Shown here: piece by piece, positions 37,813 through 46,738 of the stretch
How positions within the stretch are numbered: position 1 is the stretch's first letter
Layout: each line of letters starts with the position of its first letter
Sequence record: LC727701.1
DNA: 64,000 bases
Direction: 5' to 3' (one strand)
Notes under the pieces: model-generated
The model's input: only the letters and a program-made list of their open reading frames with translations
Databases searched by the model: none
What the model was told of the DNA's origin: nothing
Translations under genes and position numbers: made by a program

Positions 37813-37856
37813 AGAGGACCTTCGGGTCCTCTTTTTAACCGACTGGACGGTTAAAA
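37813..37856 (+). terminator. Terminator plus abutting second hairpin
   Basis: AGAGGACC-TTCG-GGTCCTCT then TTTTAACCG-ACTGGA-CGGTTAAAA. Confidence 0.8.
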
Positions 37857-37892
37857 CTAGGTGGGATAAATTAAACTATTTGAGGAAATCTA

Positions 37893-38000
37893 ATGCAACT
37901 TAGTAATGAACTTTTCTATGTGGGTATGGTAGCTGTATCAATGTCAATCGGTATGCTATTTAGCTATATTTATCACACTCATAAGAAAAAATATAAATAA
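37893..38000 (+). CDS. Small membrane protein (35 aa, not in ORF track)
   Basis: GAGGA RBS; [35 protein letters not shown]. Confidence 0.7.
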   Translation: MQLSNELFYVGMVAVSMSIGMLFSYIYHTHKKKYK

Positions 38001-38009
38001 AGTCATAAA

Positions 38010-38066
38010 CCCTCTCCCAAAGGAGAGGGCTTTTACATTAAATTTTTTTTGAAATCTATATTACAC
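38010..38066 (+). promoter_or_regulatory. Terminator followed by class A early promoter
   Basis: CCCTCTCC-CAAA-GGAGAGGG; TATATTAC at 38057-38064. Confidence 0.8.
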
Positions 38067-38103
38067 TAATACAACATTAAACTATTAAATAGGTAATTAA
38101 AAA

Positions 38104-38502
38104 ATGAATGAAAATATTAAACGCTCATTTATTGGTATGCCACTGTCTATCAATATTGGTATGCCACTGTCTATCAATATTGGTAAAGATATTGATTTAT
38201 CAATGTATGAACGAATTGTATTTGTATCACAAGTAGATAAAAATGATATAAAATACTTTGTCTATAAATTAAATAAATCCAAATTTAAACATGACCCAAA
38301 TGTAGTTAATTACGCCGAAACAGATAAAGATATTATTATTTATCCCCCGCTTGATTTCATTCAGACAATTAATGAATATTATCGAGTATCATTGGAAAAT
38401 GAATTTATGTGTCATCCTGTTATTCTAAAAGCAGATGATAGTAATAATCAAGAAGTATTTTTGAAAACTATTAAAATGGTACATGAGTATGTCGATGAAT
38501 AA
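38104..38502 (+). CDS. Hypothetical early protein with N-terminal 8-aa duplication
   Basis: AGGT RBS. Confidence 0.75.
   Translation: MNENIKRSFIGMPLSINIGMPLSINIGKDIDLSMYERIVFVSQVDKNDIKYFVYKLNKSKFKHDPNVVNYAETDKDIIIYPPLDFIQTINEYYRVSLENEFMCHPVILKADDSNNQEVFLKTIKMVHEYVDE
38131..38184 (+). repeat. 24-bp in-frame tandem duplication (2.25 units)
   Basis: ATTGGTATGCCACTGTCTATCAAT twice plus ATTGGT; encodes IGMPLSIN-IGMPLSIN-IG. Confidence 0.95.
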
Positions 38503-38950
38503 TTGTGCATTTATTAATTTAAGGCAACGTTTAATTAACGATAAACTAACCTATGTGATTCATCCCATAGTGAAGGTTTATGATTTCACTAGGAAAACTA
38601 TTAGACAATTAACTGATTTTGCTATTTTAGATAGTTATAACTTCCCAGAGGAAATTTCCAATATTAGTGTTCAGCCAACTACTGTAGATGATACTAATAA
38701 TAGGTATTCTTTGATACATCTTGAGGTTATAGAAGAGCCTGATTTTGGACCAACCAGATTATACGCTATAATAGATAGAGAAATCAAAGATGATTCTAAT
38801 CTAATTGAAACAACTGATGATGGCTGGTATACATTGGATGAGTTAATTCTAGTTGAAGACGATATGGACGAATTCGCGCGACTTATTGTTCAGTACTTGC
38901 GAACTATTCCGAGGAAGCCACAATGGTTAACTTCGACAAAAGATGTTTAG
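38483..38950 (+). CDS. Hypothetical protein
   Basis: ORF in operon context. Confidence 0.7.
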   Translation: MSMSMNNCAFINLRQRLINDKLTYVIHPIVKVYDFTRKTIRQLTDFAILDSYNFPEEISNISVQPTTVDDTNNRYSLIHLEVIEEPDFGPTRLYAIIDREIKDDSNLIETTDDGWYTLDELILVEDDMDEFARLIVQYLRTIPRKPQWLTSTKDV

Positions 38951-39153
38951 AAATAGAGCCCAATCAGTTAGGTTATGTATTTACAAAGATCGGTTGGGAA
39001 ATATGTGTTACTATTGGCATACGACATATATGTGCTAAAACCTATTATACAGTGTATTCACTTAATGATAAATGCATTTATTACATTGAGCATTCAGCGC
39101 AATTTACTAAACGCATAAAACCAAACTATATACAAAGGTTTCATGCTCTATGA
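38923..39153 (+). CDS. Hypothetical protein (76 aa)
   Basis: GAGGA RBS. Confidence 0.6.
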   Translation: MVNFDKRCLEIEPNQLGYVFTKIGWEICVTIGIRHICAKTYYTVYSLNDKCIYYIEHSAQFTKRIKPNYIQRFHAL

Positions 39154-39836
39154 TCAATACAACCGATAAAACTATAGTTGGTATAGGATTTGAAACAAAG
39201 GTTTCAGATTCACCGATTGAGCAACCTGTAAAGAAAACTAAGACTCCTAAGATAAATAAACAAAAAGAATGGGAGAAAGTAGATGATCCGAGAGAATATA
39301 CAAAAGAGGAACAAACTTCTCTCTTTGTAAATTGGCTTCAAAGCACACGTAATTATTGGCATAAACAGTATACTGATACTCAAAATACAGATAAAGCACT
39401 GTCTATCAGAGATATGCTTGATGGATTTATATATAGTATCGCAGCTGGCCTAGATGGCAATGATCCAAATATACCCGGATTCAAACTTATACCTAATGTT
39501 ACTCAAGAAGATATTGACTACCTAATAAGTATTGGTGAGAATTATTGGCCAGTAAACCCAGTTGAAGATTTAAAAGATAATATCCGTGCAAAATGCGATG
39601 CAGTTGATATTTCTGGTAATCTACGTTATCAAGTTTCTAAGACATTTACGGAACCTTTCAAAGGACCGCATGCACTATTGAACCATTTTCTTAGTTTAGC
39701 AGGTGAGAAACCTGTTAAGTATTACTCGGGTAATTTTACGCAAGAGCAACTTGCTATGTTAGTAGAGAAAGCTAAAGAAAAAGCGGAAAAGATACAGTCA
39801 CAAACAGCTAGCGATATCAGTCGAATAATGCGTTAA
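39150..39836 (+). CDS. LDG-family hypothetical protein (paralog A)
   Basis: PREYTKEE...LDG....PGFKLIP...DISGNLR. Confidence 0.75.
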   Translation: MINTTDKTIVGIGFETKVSDSPIEQPVKKTKTPKINKQKEWEKVDDPREYTKEEQTSLFVNWLQSTRNYWHKQYTDTQNTDKALSIRDMLDGFIYSIAAGLDGNDPNIPGFKLIPNVTQEDIDYLISIGENYWPVNPVEDLKDNIRAKCDAVDISGNLRYQVSKTFTEPFKGPHALLNHFLSLAGEKPVKYYSGNFTQEQLAMLVEKAKEKAEKIQSQTASDISRIMR

Positions 39837-39880
39837 TGAACTAATAAATTTATCAGCTACTGATAACAAGGTATGTAATT

Positions 39881-40255
39881 ATGATCTATTTTGAAGGCGA
39901 TGGTAATGTTAAACCTGTAACACAGGAACAAGTTAAAGAACTATTTATTAGTAGTGTTGTTAATATGCGTGATAATGCTATCAATAACTCTAAACTTGAT
40001 CAATTTACAGAACCAGCTGATCGGGACAGGGCTGTAGCAGATAGTGTCATTACAGGTATGCTAGATATACTGGATGGCAATAATGACGATTGCCCAGCGT
40101 TTCATTTAATTCCAGCAGTTGGTGAGGAAGAATATTTAGCGGCTGTGGAAGCAGGTGCTGATTATATTCCTTATGATGATGGTAGTGATAATTATCAGCC
40201 ATTAGATTTAGCTGGTGAACTACGAGATTATTTTATCTTTGTTAATAGGGGTTAA
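39881..40255 (+). CDS. LDG-family hypothetical protein (paralog B)
   Basis: VTQEQVKELF...LDG....PAFHLIP...DLAGELR. Confidence 0.75.
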   Translation: MIYFEGDGNVKPVTQEQVKELFISSVVNMRDNAINNSKLDQFTEPADRDRAVADSVITGMLDILDGNNDDCPAFHLIPAVGEEEYLAAVEAGADYIPYDDGSDNYQPLDLAGELRDYFIFVNRG

Positions 40256-40257
40256 TA

Positions 40258-40692
40258 ATGACTGAGATAGTGATTGCACTCATCCTGTCAGCAATTATTG
40301 TTTATCTAATTAATATTTTTAAACACCCAAAAATAATTTATGCCAATAGTGTAAATGATAATGTCTTCATTGTTACTGGTTGCTCTTATGTATCTGAAAA
40401 TAATGAAGATGGTACATTAACAACCTTTTCACCTAAATTAAATAATAGGTTAATAATTGACTTAACTAAAGGTCAGCCCAATAAAGACTTTTATATTTCA
40501 GTATTAGATAACACACTTAAATTCCATCACACTGTTGATGAAATTATCACAGCTAATAAATGGGAAGCTTTATTTAAAATTAGCATAACTAAAGAGGATG
40601 TGTGTATCTCAGGAATACCTCTTAAAAATAAAAACATAAAATGTAATTTACACTGGGTTATAGCACCAAGTAAAATGGTGAATAAGTTGTAA
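40258..40692 (+). CDS. Membrane-anchored hypothetical protein
   Basis: TM IVIALILSAIIVYLINIF. Confidence 0.75.
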   Translation: MTEIVIALILSAIIVYLINIFKHPKIIYANSVNDNVFIVTGCSYVSENNEDGTLTTFSPKLNNRLIIDLTKGQPNKDFYISVLDNTLKFHHTVDEIITANKWEALFKISITKEDVCISGIPLKNKNIKCNLHWVIAPSKMVNKL

Positions 40693-40705
40693 TAGTTATT
40701 ATAAT

Positions 40706-40786
40706 GCCCTCCCATTGCGGGAGGGCTTATATTTTATTTTTTTGTATTTAAAGCATTTTAAACAGTATATTACAAATGTGATATTA
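40706..40786 (+). promoter_or_regulatory. Terminator followed by class B early promoter
   Basis: GCCCTCCC-ATTGC-GGGAGGGC; TATATTAC at 40766-40773 followed by AAATGTGATATTAC. Confidence 0.8.
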
Positions 40787-40816
40787 CTATCTAAATTGCA
40801 AATAGGTAAATCAATT

Positions 40817-41176
40817 ATGTTGGACTATGCTTTGGAAAAGTGTCGTGAAATCCCTTATGTAAAACATCGTCAACGTGTTTATTCAGTCATTACTGATAAA
40901 CGTGGTAGGATCATTAGTGAAAGCCAAAATATGTATGGTAAAACACATCCTGTTCAGAAACGTTATTCTCTAAAAGCAGGATTGTCCGATCTACGTTGTG
41001 AGATGCATAGTGAGTTGCGTTCTATCATCCTCTCCAAGGGAAAAGGATATAGGATCTATGTTGCACGTGTCGGTGCTGATGGTAGGCCACTGGATGCATA
41101 CCCATGCCCCACTTGTCAAATGGCAATTAATGACCATGGTAAATTAAAAGAGGTAATTGTATCTATTGGTAAATAA
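40817..41176 (+). CDS. Zn-dependent deaminase (CMP/dCMP deaminase superfamily)
   Basis: HSE and PCPTC motifs; ATG 40817 has an AGGT RBS (the track start lies inside the terminator). Confidence 0.7.
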   Translation: MLDYALEKCREIPYVKHRQRVYSVITDKRGRIISESQNMYGKTHPVQKRYSLKAGLSDLRCEMHSELRSIILSKGKGYRIYVARVGADGRPLDAYPCPTCQMAINDHGKLKEVIVSIGK

Positions 41177-41217
41177 TAACACTATAGTTAATTTCATTAT
41201 TTAAAAAGGAAAATTCA

Positions 41218-41748
41218 ATGCCTAATGATTATTTAAATAATAAACCATCCAAATATCTTAGGAGGATTCACCTTACAGCAAATGGCATACTGGCTATAAC
41301 TGTAGAAACATGTCTAGAATATCAACCAGTTGGTGATGTCCATAAGTTTTATCCTTACTTCAATTTTACACCAGCAGAACTTTGGAATATATTTTCTGAA
41401 TCTAGTTCTAATGTATTAACTATTTTTGGTAAACCCGATACAGGTAAGTCAAACCTCACTAAAGAAATACTGAATCATAGAGGCTGGGACGATAAAATTT
41501 ATTTAGTTGATCGGTCCGATGTTTTAGAACATCCTGAATTTGCTAATCTCATTAGAGATTTTCCAAATGGATCTGTTATTATTGCCGAAGATGTTGATAA
41601 AGTAGTGCGTGCACGCACAGGTAGTAATGGAGTTATGGCAGCTATCCTTAATGCCAGTGAAGGAATGGCCAAACGTAATATCAAATTAGTCATCACTACT
41701 AGCCTACCAGTACTTAAGGATACTGAAGTAGGTGTTTTGATGTTCTAG
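41218..41748 (+). pseudogene. Truncated paralog of the AAA ATPase at 9577
   Basis: GKPDTGKSN, IIAEDVD, ILNASEG, KLVITTSLP align with 9577 but the ORF stops before the RPGR arginine finger. Confidence 0.6.
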
Positions 41749-41768
41749 AATTTAATTAGGATCAAACT

Positions 41769-42191
41769 ATGAAAAATACACGTCTAGTTGAAGTAGCACA
41801 ATATGCATATTCCCTAGTTGGCGGTAAACCGCTTGACGAGGATATGGATGACTGTGAGCGTGAGTACTGGGCAAGTATCCCGGAAGAGGACATTGCTCTT
41901 GCCTCCAATTGGATCGTCGTCTCAGATGGTCCGCTCTACGATCTCCTCAAAGAGATCAGTAAAGTTGCTCACGAGCGACTAAACCCTTATCCCGGTGGAC
42001 CTACCCTGAAGACGGACGTACTTGAGACGTTCCGTCTTTCTGGATTGGATGAAGTTGCATTGATCTGGAAAGATGTCTGTATTACCTGGTATCAATATCC
42101 CGGTCGTTGCATGACCTCTTCTCGTCAGTTAACTGATGAGGAGTTCGAGGAATTCAAAGAAGATCTAACTATAGCGGTTGAACTGCCGTGA
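41769..42191 (+). CDS. Hypothetical protein (140 aa)
   Basis: AGGA RBS; visibly GC-richer codons. Confidence 0.8.
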   Translation: MKNTRLVEVAQYAYSLVGGKPLDEDMDDCEREYWASIPEEDIALASNWIVVSDGPLYDLLKEISKVAHERLNPYPGGPTLKTDVLETFRLSGLDEVALIWKDVCITWYQYPGRCMTSSRQLTDEEFEEFKEDLTIAVELP

Positions 42192-42265
42192 CAGTATATT
42201 TCGAAGGTAACGGTGAACCACGTTACTAGTTCCATCTATTCTTATCACTACGACAGGGTTAACTC

Positions 42266-42478
42266 ATGAGTGATCCATCGAACGCTCTGATCGAGTATTA
42301 CGAGTCTCGTGGACTTGGTGCGGTTATGGCTACCCATGACCTGCACACACAGATCAATGAATATCACACGATCTATGGTGGTGGTTGGAATGAGTCAACT
42401 GAGAAGGCTGTCAAATCTATCCGCCGTCGGATGAAACGTAATGCCATCGTAGAAGTAAATGTGTGGAAGAAAAAGTAA
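42266..42478 (+). CDS. Hypothetical protein (70 aa)
   Basis: AGGG RBS. Confidence 0.7.
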   Translation: MSDPSNALIEYYESRGLGAVMATHDLHTQINEYHTIYGGGWNESTEKAVKSIRRRMKRNAIVEVNVWKKK

Positions 42479-42517
42479 TTTATTCATATTTTTAATCTAA
42501 CTAAAAGGAAATTGTAA

Positions 42518-42751
42518 ATGCAACATGTAACTGTAAAGACTATGAACTCTGGACTGAAAGTCATTGATCTGGATGGTATCCGACTCAAAGACAAAAATAT
42601 TATCCAGCTACGTTCTATTATGAATCACGATGCAGCAAAGCAATCATCAGCTTTCATGCATCACGATAGCCAATTCAATGATGTACGTATTGAATTTTGG
42701 CGCGAACCATCAGCGCGAATTATCTCGCTGATTAAAGATGCGGTCGCATGA
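42518..42751 (+). CDS. Hypothetical protein (77 aa)
   Basis: AAGGA RBS. Confidence 0.8.
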   Translation: MQHVTVKTMNSGLKVIDLDGIRLKDKNIIQLRSIMNHDAAKQSSAFMHHDSQFNDVRIEFWREPSARIISLIKDAVA

Positions 42752-42778
42752 CCGCTTTCTTTTAAGAAGGTAACTAAT

Positions 42779-43057
42779 ATGTCTATCTCTGATGTAGTAT
42801 TTGAAGCCGCTGTCAAAAGTGGCGTTAGTCTTGAACACCTTGGTAAAGAAGAACCTATTCTAAAAATTCGTTCTGTTAAAGAAAGGGATGGGTGGGATAT
42901 CATCCTCTATTATCCTGGTAAGATTACCAAGACTGTAAAACTACCATCAAGTGATGTAGCTGGGTCAGATGCATCAAAGTTTATTGAACATGTATTTGGA
43001 GATGTTCAATTTGCTAAAGAAGCAGTACGCAATGCCGAAGGCATTGTAATAAAATAA
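42779..43057 (+). CDS. Hypothetical protein (92 aa)
   Basis: AAGGT RBS. Confidence 0.8.
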   Translation: MSISDVVFEAAVKSGVSLEHLGKEEPILKIRSVKERDGWDIILYYPGKITKTVKLPSSDVAGSDASKFIEHVFGDVQFAKEAVRNAEGIVIK

Positions 43058-43082
43058 TCAATCTGGAAAAAAGGAAATATAA

Positions 43083-43502
43083 ATGTACCTTAATGAAAAG
43101 TATTGGGCTTATTCTGTAAAAGCTATGGATAACAAACATCCAGTTTTGATGAATGTGCATGGTCTTCATTGGTATTCACCATCTTTGGTTAATTGGAGCC
43201 TAACTGCTGTCAAACGAAATGGGTCGCTTTCATCAAAAGAAGTGTTTGACATCACTAGCAAATATGTCAGCCATCTCATTGATCATGAAGTTAAAATCGT
43301 TAATGATCAATTGGTCTACCTGATCAAAAATAATCTGATTAGTGGTATCACTGAGCTTGATGATGGTTTCTTTGTATTTGCAAATATTGACGGTGAATCA
43401 TGGTCCATGCATGTTGTAATTGAATGCTTGATGGAACATGAAGAAGATTGGGAAAAACTCGCTGCCGTTAAGTACAATGAGTTGACCATTTCTGCATTCT
43501 AA
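43083..43502 (+). CDS. Hypothetical protein (139 aa)
   Basis: AAGGA RBS; hairpin at 43517-43534 downstream. Confidence 0.8.
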   Translation: MYLNEKYWAYSVKAMDNKHPVLMNVHGLHWYSPSLVNWSLTAVKRNGSLSSKEVFDITSKYVSHLIDHEVKIVNDQLVYLIKNNLISGITELDDGFFVFANIDGESWSMHVVIECLMEHEEDWEKLAAVKYNELTISAF

Positions 43503-43580
43503 TTAATTATGAAAATGGGGGTCTTTAGACCCCCTATCTATTTAATAGAATGAAACTAATCTTAATAATGGTGAATACTA

Positions 43581-43877
43581 ATGAATAAATATTACCATTT
43601 GAAGAAACAGAAGGATGCTACATGGACAATTGAATTTTTAGGAAAGATGCGTAATTTTAAATTCAACCATGTAACTAAAAATAGAAATAGTTGGGTTAGC
43701 ATGGGCATTGAAGGTTATCCAGCACTTAAATTTAACTGTGATGGATTTGGCAGATTAGAAAGTATTCAACCTATTGATGATGATTTAACCATCGATGAAA
43801 TATTTATTCCATGTAAACATTCTGTTTCACAGTGTATCGACATAACAACACTTTATACAGGTGGTCAATGTGACTGA
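43581..43877 (+). CDS. Hypothetical protein (98 aa)
   Basis: GGTG RBS. Confidence 0.7.
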   Translation: MNKYYHLKKQKDATWTIEFLGKMRNFKFNHVTKNRNSWVSMGIEGYPALKFNCDGFGRLESIQPIDDDLTIDEIFIPCKHSVSQCIDITTLYTGGQCD

Positions 43878-44307
43878 GATTATATTAGTTATTTTATCAT
43901 TGTTTGTTCTTTCAGTCATAACCGGCTATTGTATAACCCGGTTAGAGAAAACCGAAGATATAGCCTATTATGTTAAATCAATTACGTATTACTTAGGCGA
44001 ATCTGGCGATACATTTTTTAATAGTGAACCTAAGGTAATACAGCTGGATAACCCTGTAAAACTAGTTTTCACTAATGAACCAGTTCAAATAAAAACACTT
44101 TATTTAGACCTAGATAAGAAAGAATTATATCTTAATCACCCCGAACACGCTTGTATTGTAATGCGTGTTATTTTCTTTTTAAATTATCATAACCAGAAAA
44201 AACTCATCGGTTATTCAGATGAGTACTATCATGACAATGAGTATGGTGATAGTGAGTTTGATATGACTATAAAGAAAATTAGTGTAGAATGCTATAAAGG
44301 TTTATAA
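43861..44307 (+). CDS. Membrane-anchored hypothetical protein
   Basis: TM IILVILSLFVLSVITGYCI. Confidence 0.75.
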   Translation: MVNVTEIILVILSLFVLSVITGYCITRLEKTEDIAYYVKSITYYLGESGDTFFNSEPKVIQLDNPVKLVFTNEPVQIKTLYLDLDKKELYLNHPEHACIVMRVIFFLNYHNQKKLIGYSDEYYHDNEYGDSEFDMTIKKISVECYKGL

Positions 44308-44340
44308 TGGTCAATTTTATAGACCGTCAATCAGGAGTTA

Positions 44341-44775
44341 ATGATGAGTATTCTACAACCGCTAGGAAGTTTCCCAGTATATAAGAAAACTAATGGTGAA
44401 ACTCGATTTCTATTAGACCATGATGTTGCTATCAGTATGGTTACAACTGAGCAAGGTAGTTTTATGACAGCCCCACTAAAAGCAGATGGGGTAACGTTTA
44501 ATCTATCTGAAGTCTTTGGTGATTATAAAAAATTTGATAATGTGATTGTAGATAAACTCTACTATCGTGATTTATCTGGTAAAATGCAGTCTAAAAAAGT
44601 ACCAACTATCCCACAGCTTTATAAAGACATGACCGTATTTAAAAGTGGGTATACCACTAAAATAAATAATCTTCGCTGGGGTTATTGTGTAACTATTAAA
44701 AATGACGGTACAGCTAAAATTTGGACCGATTCAAATAGTCCTATTTGTGGGGTATCAATTCGTTTCACAGTGTAA
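44341..44775 (+). CDS. Hypothetical protein (144 aa)
   Basis: AGGAG RBS. Confidence 0.8.
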   Translation: MMSILQPLGSFPVYKKTNGETRFLLDHDVAISMVTTEQGSFMTAPLKADGVTFNLSEVFGDYKKFDNVIVDKLYYRDLSGKMQSKKVPTIPQLYKDMTVFKSGYTTKINNLRWGYCVTIKNDGTAKIWTDSNSPICGVSIRFTV

Positions 44776-44785
44776 CAACATAATG

Positions 44786-44807
44786 GCCTCCCTTCGGGGA
44801 GGCTTTT
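44786..44807 (+). terminator. Intrinsic terminator
   Basis: GCCTCCC-TTCG-GGGAGGC-TTTT. Confidence 0.85.
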
Positions 44808-44839
44808 ATATCCTTTTAATATACATAGGTAACTCAAAA

Positions 44840-45142
44840 ATGAACATGAAAAATAAAGTAATTGACTCGGCGTCGTATATGTTGGCAAATACTGATAAGT
44901 TCATTAGCACTGTATTCGCCGGTGAAGATCGGTATATTGAGTCCTGTACTGGGCTCATTAGCGCACATGGTGATAAGGTGGAGCAGTACCGCGCTGGTTG
45001 GGAAGAGGCTGGATTAGATTTTAATAAAGCACAAATAATCTATCTTCTAACCTATACTAAACTACTAGGTGATACTCCTAAGTATATGTCTAACCAATGG
45101 GTGATTGATAACTATTCTAAATACAGTGAACTATTGCCATAA
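44840..45142 (+). CDS. Hypothetical protein (100 aa)
   Basis: ATG 44840 with AGGT RBS; the track start runs through the terminator. Confidence 0.75.
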   Translation: MNMKNKVIDSASYMLANTDKFISTVFAGEDRYIESCTGLISAHGDKVEQYRAGWEEAGLDFNKAQIIYLLTYTKLLGDTPKYMSNQWVIDNYSKYSELLP

Positions 45143-45224
45143 TAAAAAATGGTTTATTATAAGTAAATTTAAAAATATATAATAACCATGCTAAGTTAGA
45201 TAGTCATTATCTGAGGTACTCAAA

Positions 45225-45377
45225 ATGGAAGGAATCAAATATGTAGCACTGTTTTTGATTATAGCTATTTTAAGTAGTACATTAGTTGGTATTAATAAAA
45301 TTATTAGTATAGGTGATATCGATGGATACAGATCAGAAAAAGAAAGAATCACCGAAATTCAATCCCATCATAAATAG
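45225..45377 (+). CDS. Small membrane protein (50 aa, not in ORF track)
   Basis: GAGGT RBS; MEGIKYVALFLIIAILSSTLVGI... Confidence 0.7.
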   Translation: MEGIKYVALFLIIAILSSTLVGINKIISIGDIDGYRSEKERITEIQSHHK

Positions 45378-45433
45378 TATCTTTAACAAGTCATGGTTAA
45401 CTGAAGATAAAAGTGGTAAAGAGGTAAAAAGAA

Positions 45434-45736
45434 ATGAGTACAACAGTGAGCTGTCTAGCAAACGCGCTAGTTAATGGCATTAATCTTATTGCTAAAAATA
45501 AAGTTCAAGTTGGTATGATCCTACAAGCAACTCAAGATATATGGATCATGAGAACCTGTAAAAAGAATGGCTATTTAGAATGGAAGTTTGCTAATGAAGG
45601 CGATGACCTTACTGTATTAGGTATTGATGAAGGTAATCCCGAAGGCGGCTTTAGAGTTTTAAATGCCGATAATTATAATCAAATTGAAACTGTACAATGT
45701 ACAGATATGGACGATGTTCTTCACGCATATAACTGA
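45434..45736 (+). CDS. Hypothetical protein (100 aa)
   Basis: GAGGT RBS. Confidence 0.8.
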   Translation: MSTTVSCLANALVNGINLIAKNKVQVGMILQATQDIWIMRTCKKNGYLEWKFANEGDDLTVLGIDEGNPEGGFRVLNADNYNQIETVQCTDMDDVLHAYN

Positions 45737-45744
45737 GGTGATAT

Positions 45745-45957
45745 ATGTCAAATTCATTTAAAGCCGGCGACAAAGTTGTAGTCAATACAGATATTGTTAA
45801 TAGCACCGGTGAATGTGGATATGATCTTACACTATGTAAAGCTGGTACTGTAGTTATAATCGAATCTGTTAATGGAGACCATCTGTTAGTTTATCCGTCT
45901 AATAGTGGTCCTAGTAATGGATTTTATGTTCATCTACATCAGGTTAATGCACAATGA
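45745..45957 (+). CDS. Small SH3/KOW-like protein
   Basis: FKAGDKVVV...GTVVII pattern. Confidence 0.65.
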   Translation: MSNSFKAGDKVVVNTDIVNSTGECGYDLTLCKAGTVVIIESVNGDHLLVYPSNSGPSNGFYVHLHQVNAQ

Positions 45958-46331
45958 AACTTGAATGCGTAAGAGATACTGCACAGATCCTCTACAGTAA
46001 AAGAGCTTTTATAAAAGGTAATTATATTGGTAGCGAATATCACATTTACCAATTACTAACCCATCTTCATCATCGTATCGTTAATGCGCTTATTGAAATA
46101 TATGATGATGATTCACTAGCTGATGCGCTAAATAAAAGTCCTGATGATATTATTATCATGTTCTCTAAACATGCGACTAATGCATATCAGCATTACAAAG
46201 TTCTTCGTCAAAATATAAATGCTAAGATTGAAGAAGTAAATGCATCACGAAATAGGTATACACTGTGGTCTAACTTAGTAGAGGATATTCTTAAGTTTAG
46301 ACTATATTGCAGTAAACTAAAGGTGGGTTGA
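45954..46331 (+). CDS. Hypothetical protein (125 aa)
   Basis: ATGA overlap. Confidence 0.75.
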   Translation: MKLECVRDTAQILYSKRAFIKGNYIGSEYHIYQLLTHLHHRIVNALIEIYDDDSLADALNKSPDDIIIMFSKHATNAYQHYKVLRQNINAKIEEVNASRNRYTLWSNLVEDILKFRLYCSKLKVG

Positions 46332-46332
46332 G

Positions 46333-46695
46333 ATGATTGAATTTAATTCTGCTGAAATAGAGATGCTGGTTAAAACAGTTACTGGTGATTTATTTAACAT
46401 CACCTATGGTGCACATCCGGCTGAAATTAATTGGATGCTTAAAGCAGATGTTGCAATGCTGGATGTATGGTTTGCTAAAATTTATCAGTTTGGTATGTCA
46501 AAGCAAATCCCATATGCCAGTATTCCATTCACCAATCTAGTAGATGTATCAACTGAGTGGCTATTCCAATATATGGCCAATCTGGCAGCTGATCTAGGTG
46601 ATTTTGAAGAGGTCCAAGAACCTATTTTTAATATCATCAATAAGATCCATTCAATGTGGTTAGTTTATGATAAGTATTCATGGACTGGTAGCTAA
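46333..46695 (+). CDS. Hypothetical protein (120 aa)
   Basis: AGGTGG RBS. Confidence 0.75.
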   Translation: MIEFNSAEIEMLVKTVTGDLFNITYGAHPAEINWMLKADVAMLDVWFAKIYQFGMSKQIPYASIPFTNLVDVSTEWLFQYMANLAADLGDFEEVQEPIFNIINKIHSMWLVYDKYSWTGS

Positions 46696-46738
46696 TACTT
46701 GACCGTCCAATTAGATAGTTATAGGACGGGAATTAGCC

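Noticed and set aside
40715-40816. N-terminal extensions in the track for ORFs 40715, 44702, 29572 and 15058
   Set aside because: They run through terminators or promoters; downstream ATGs are preferred
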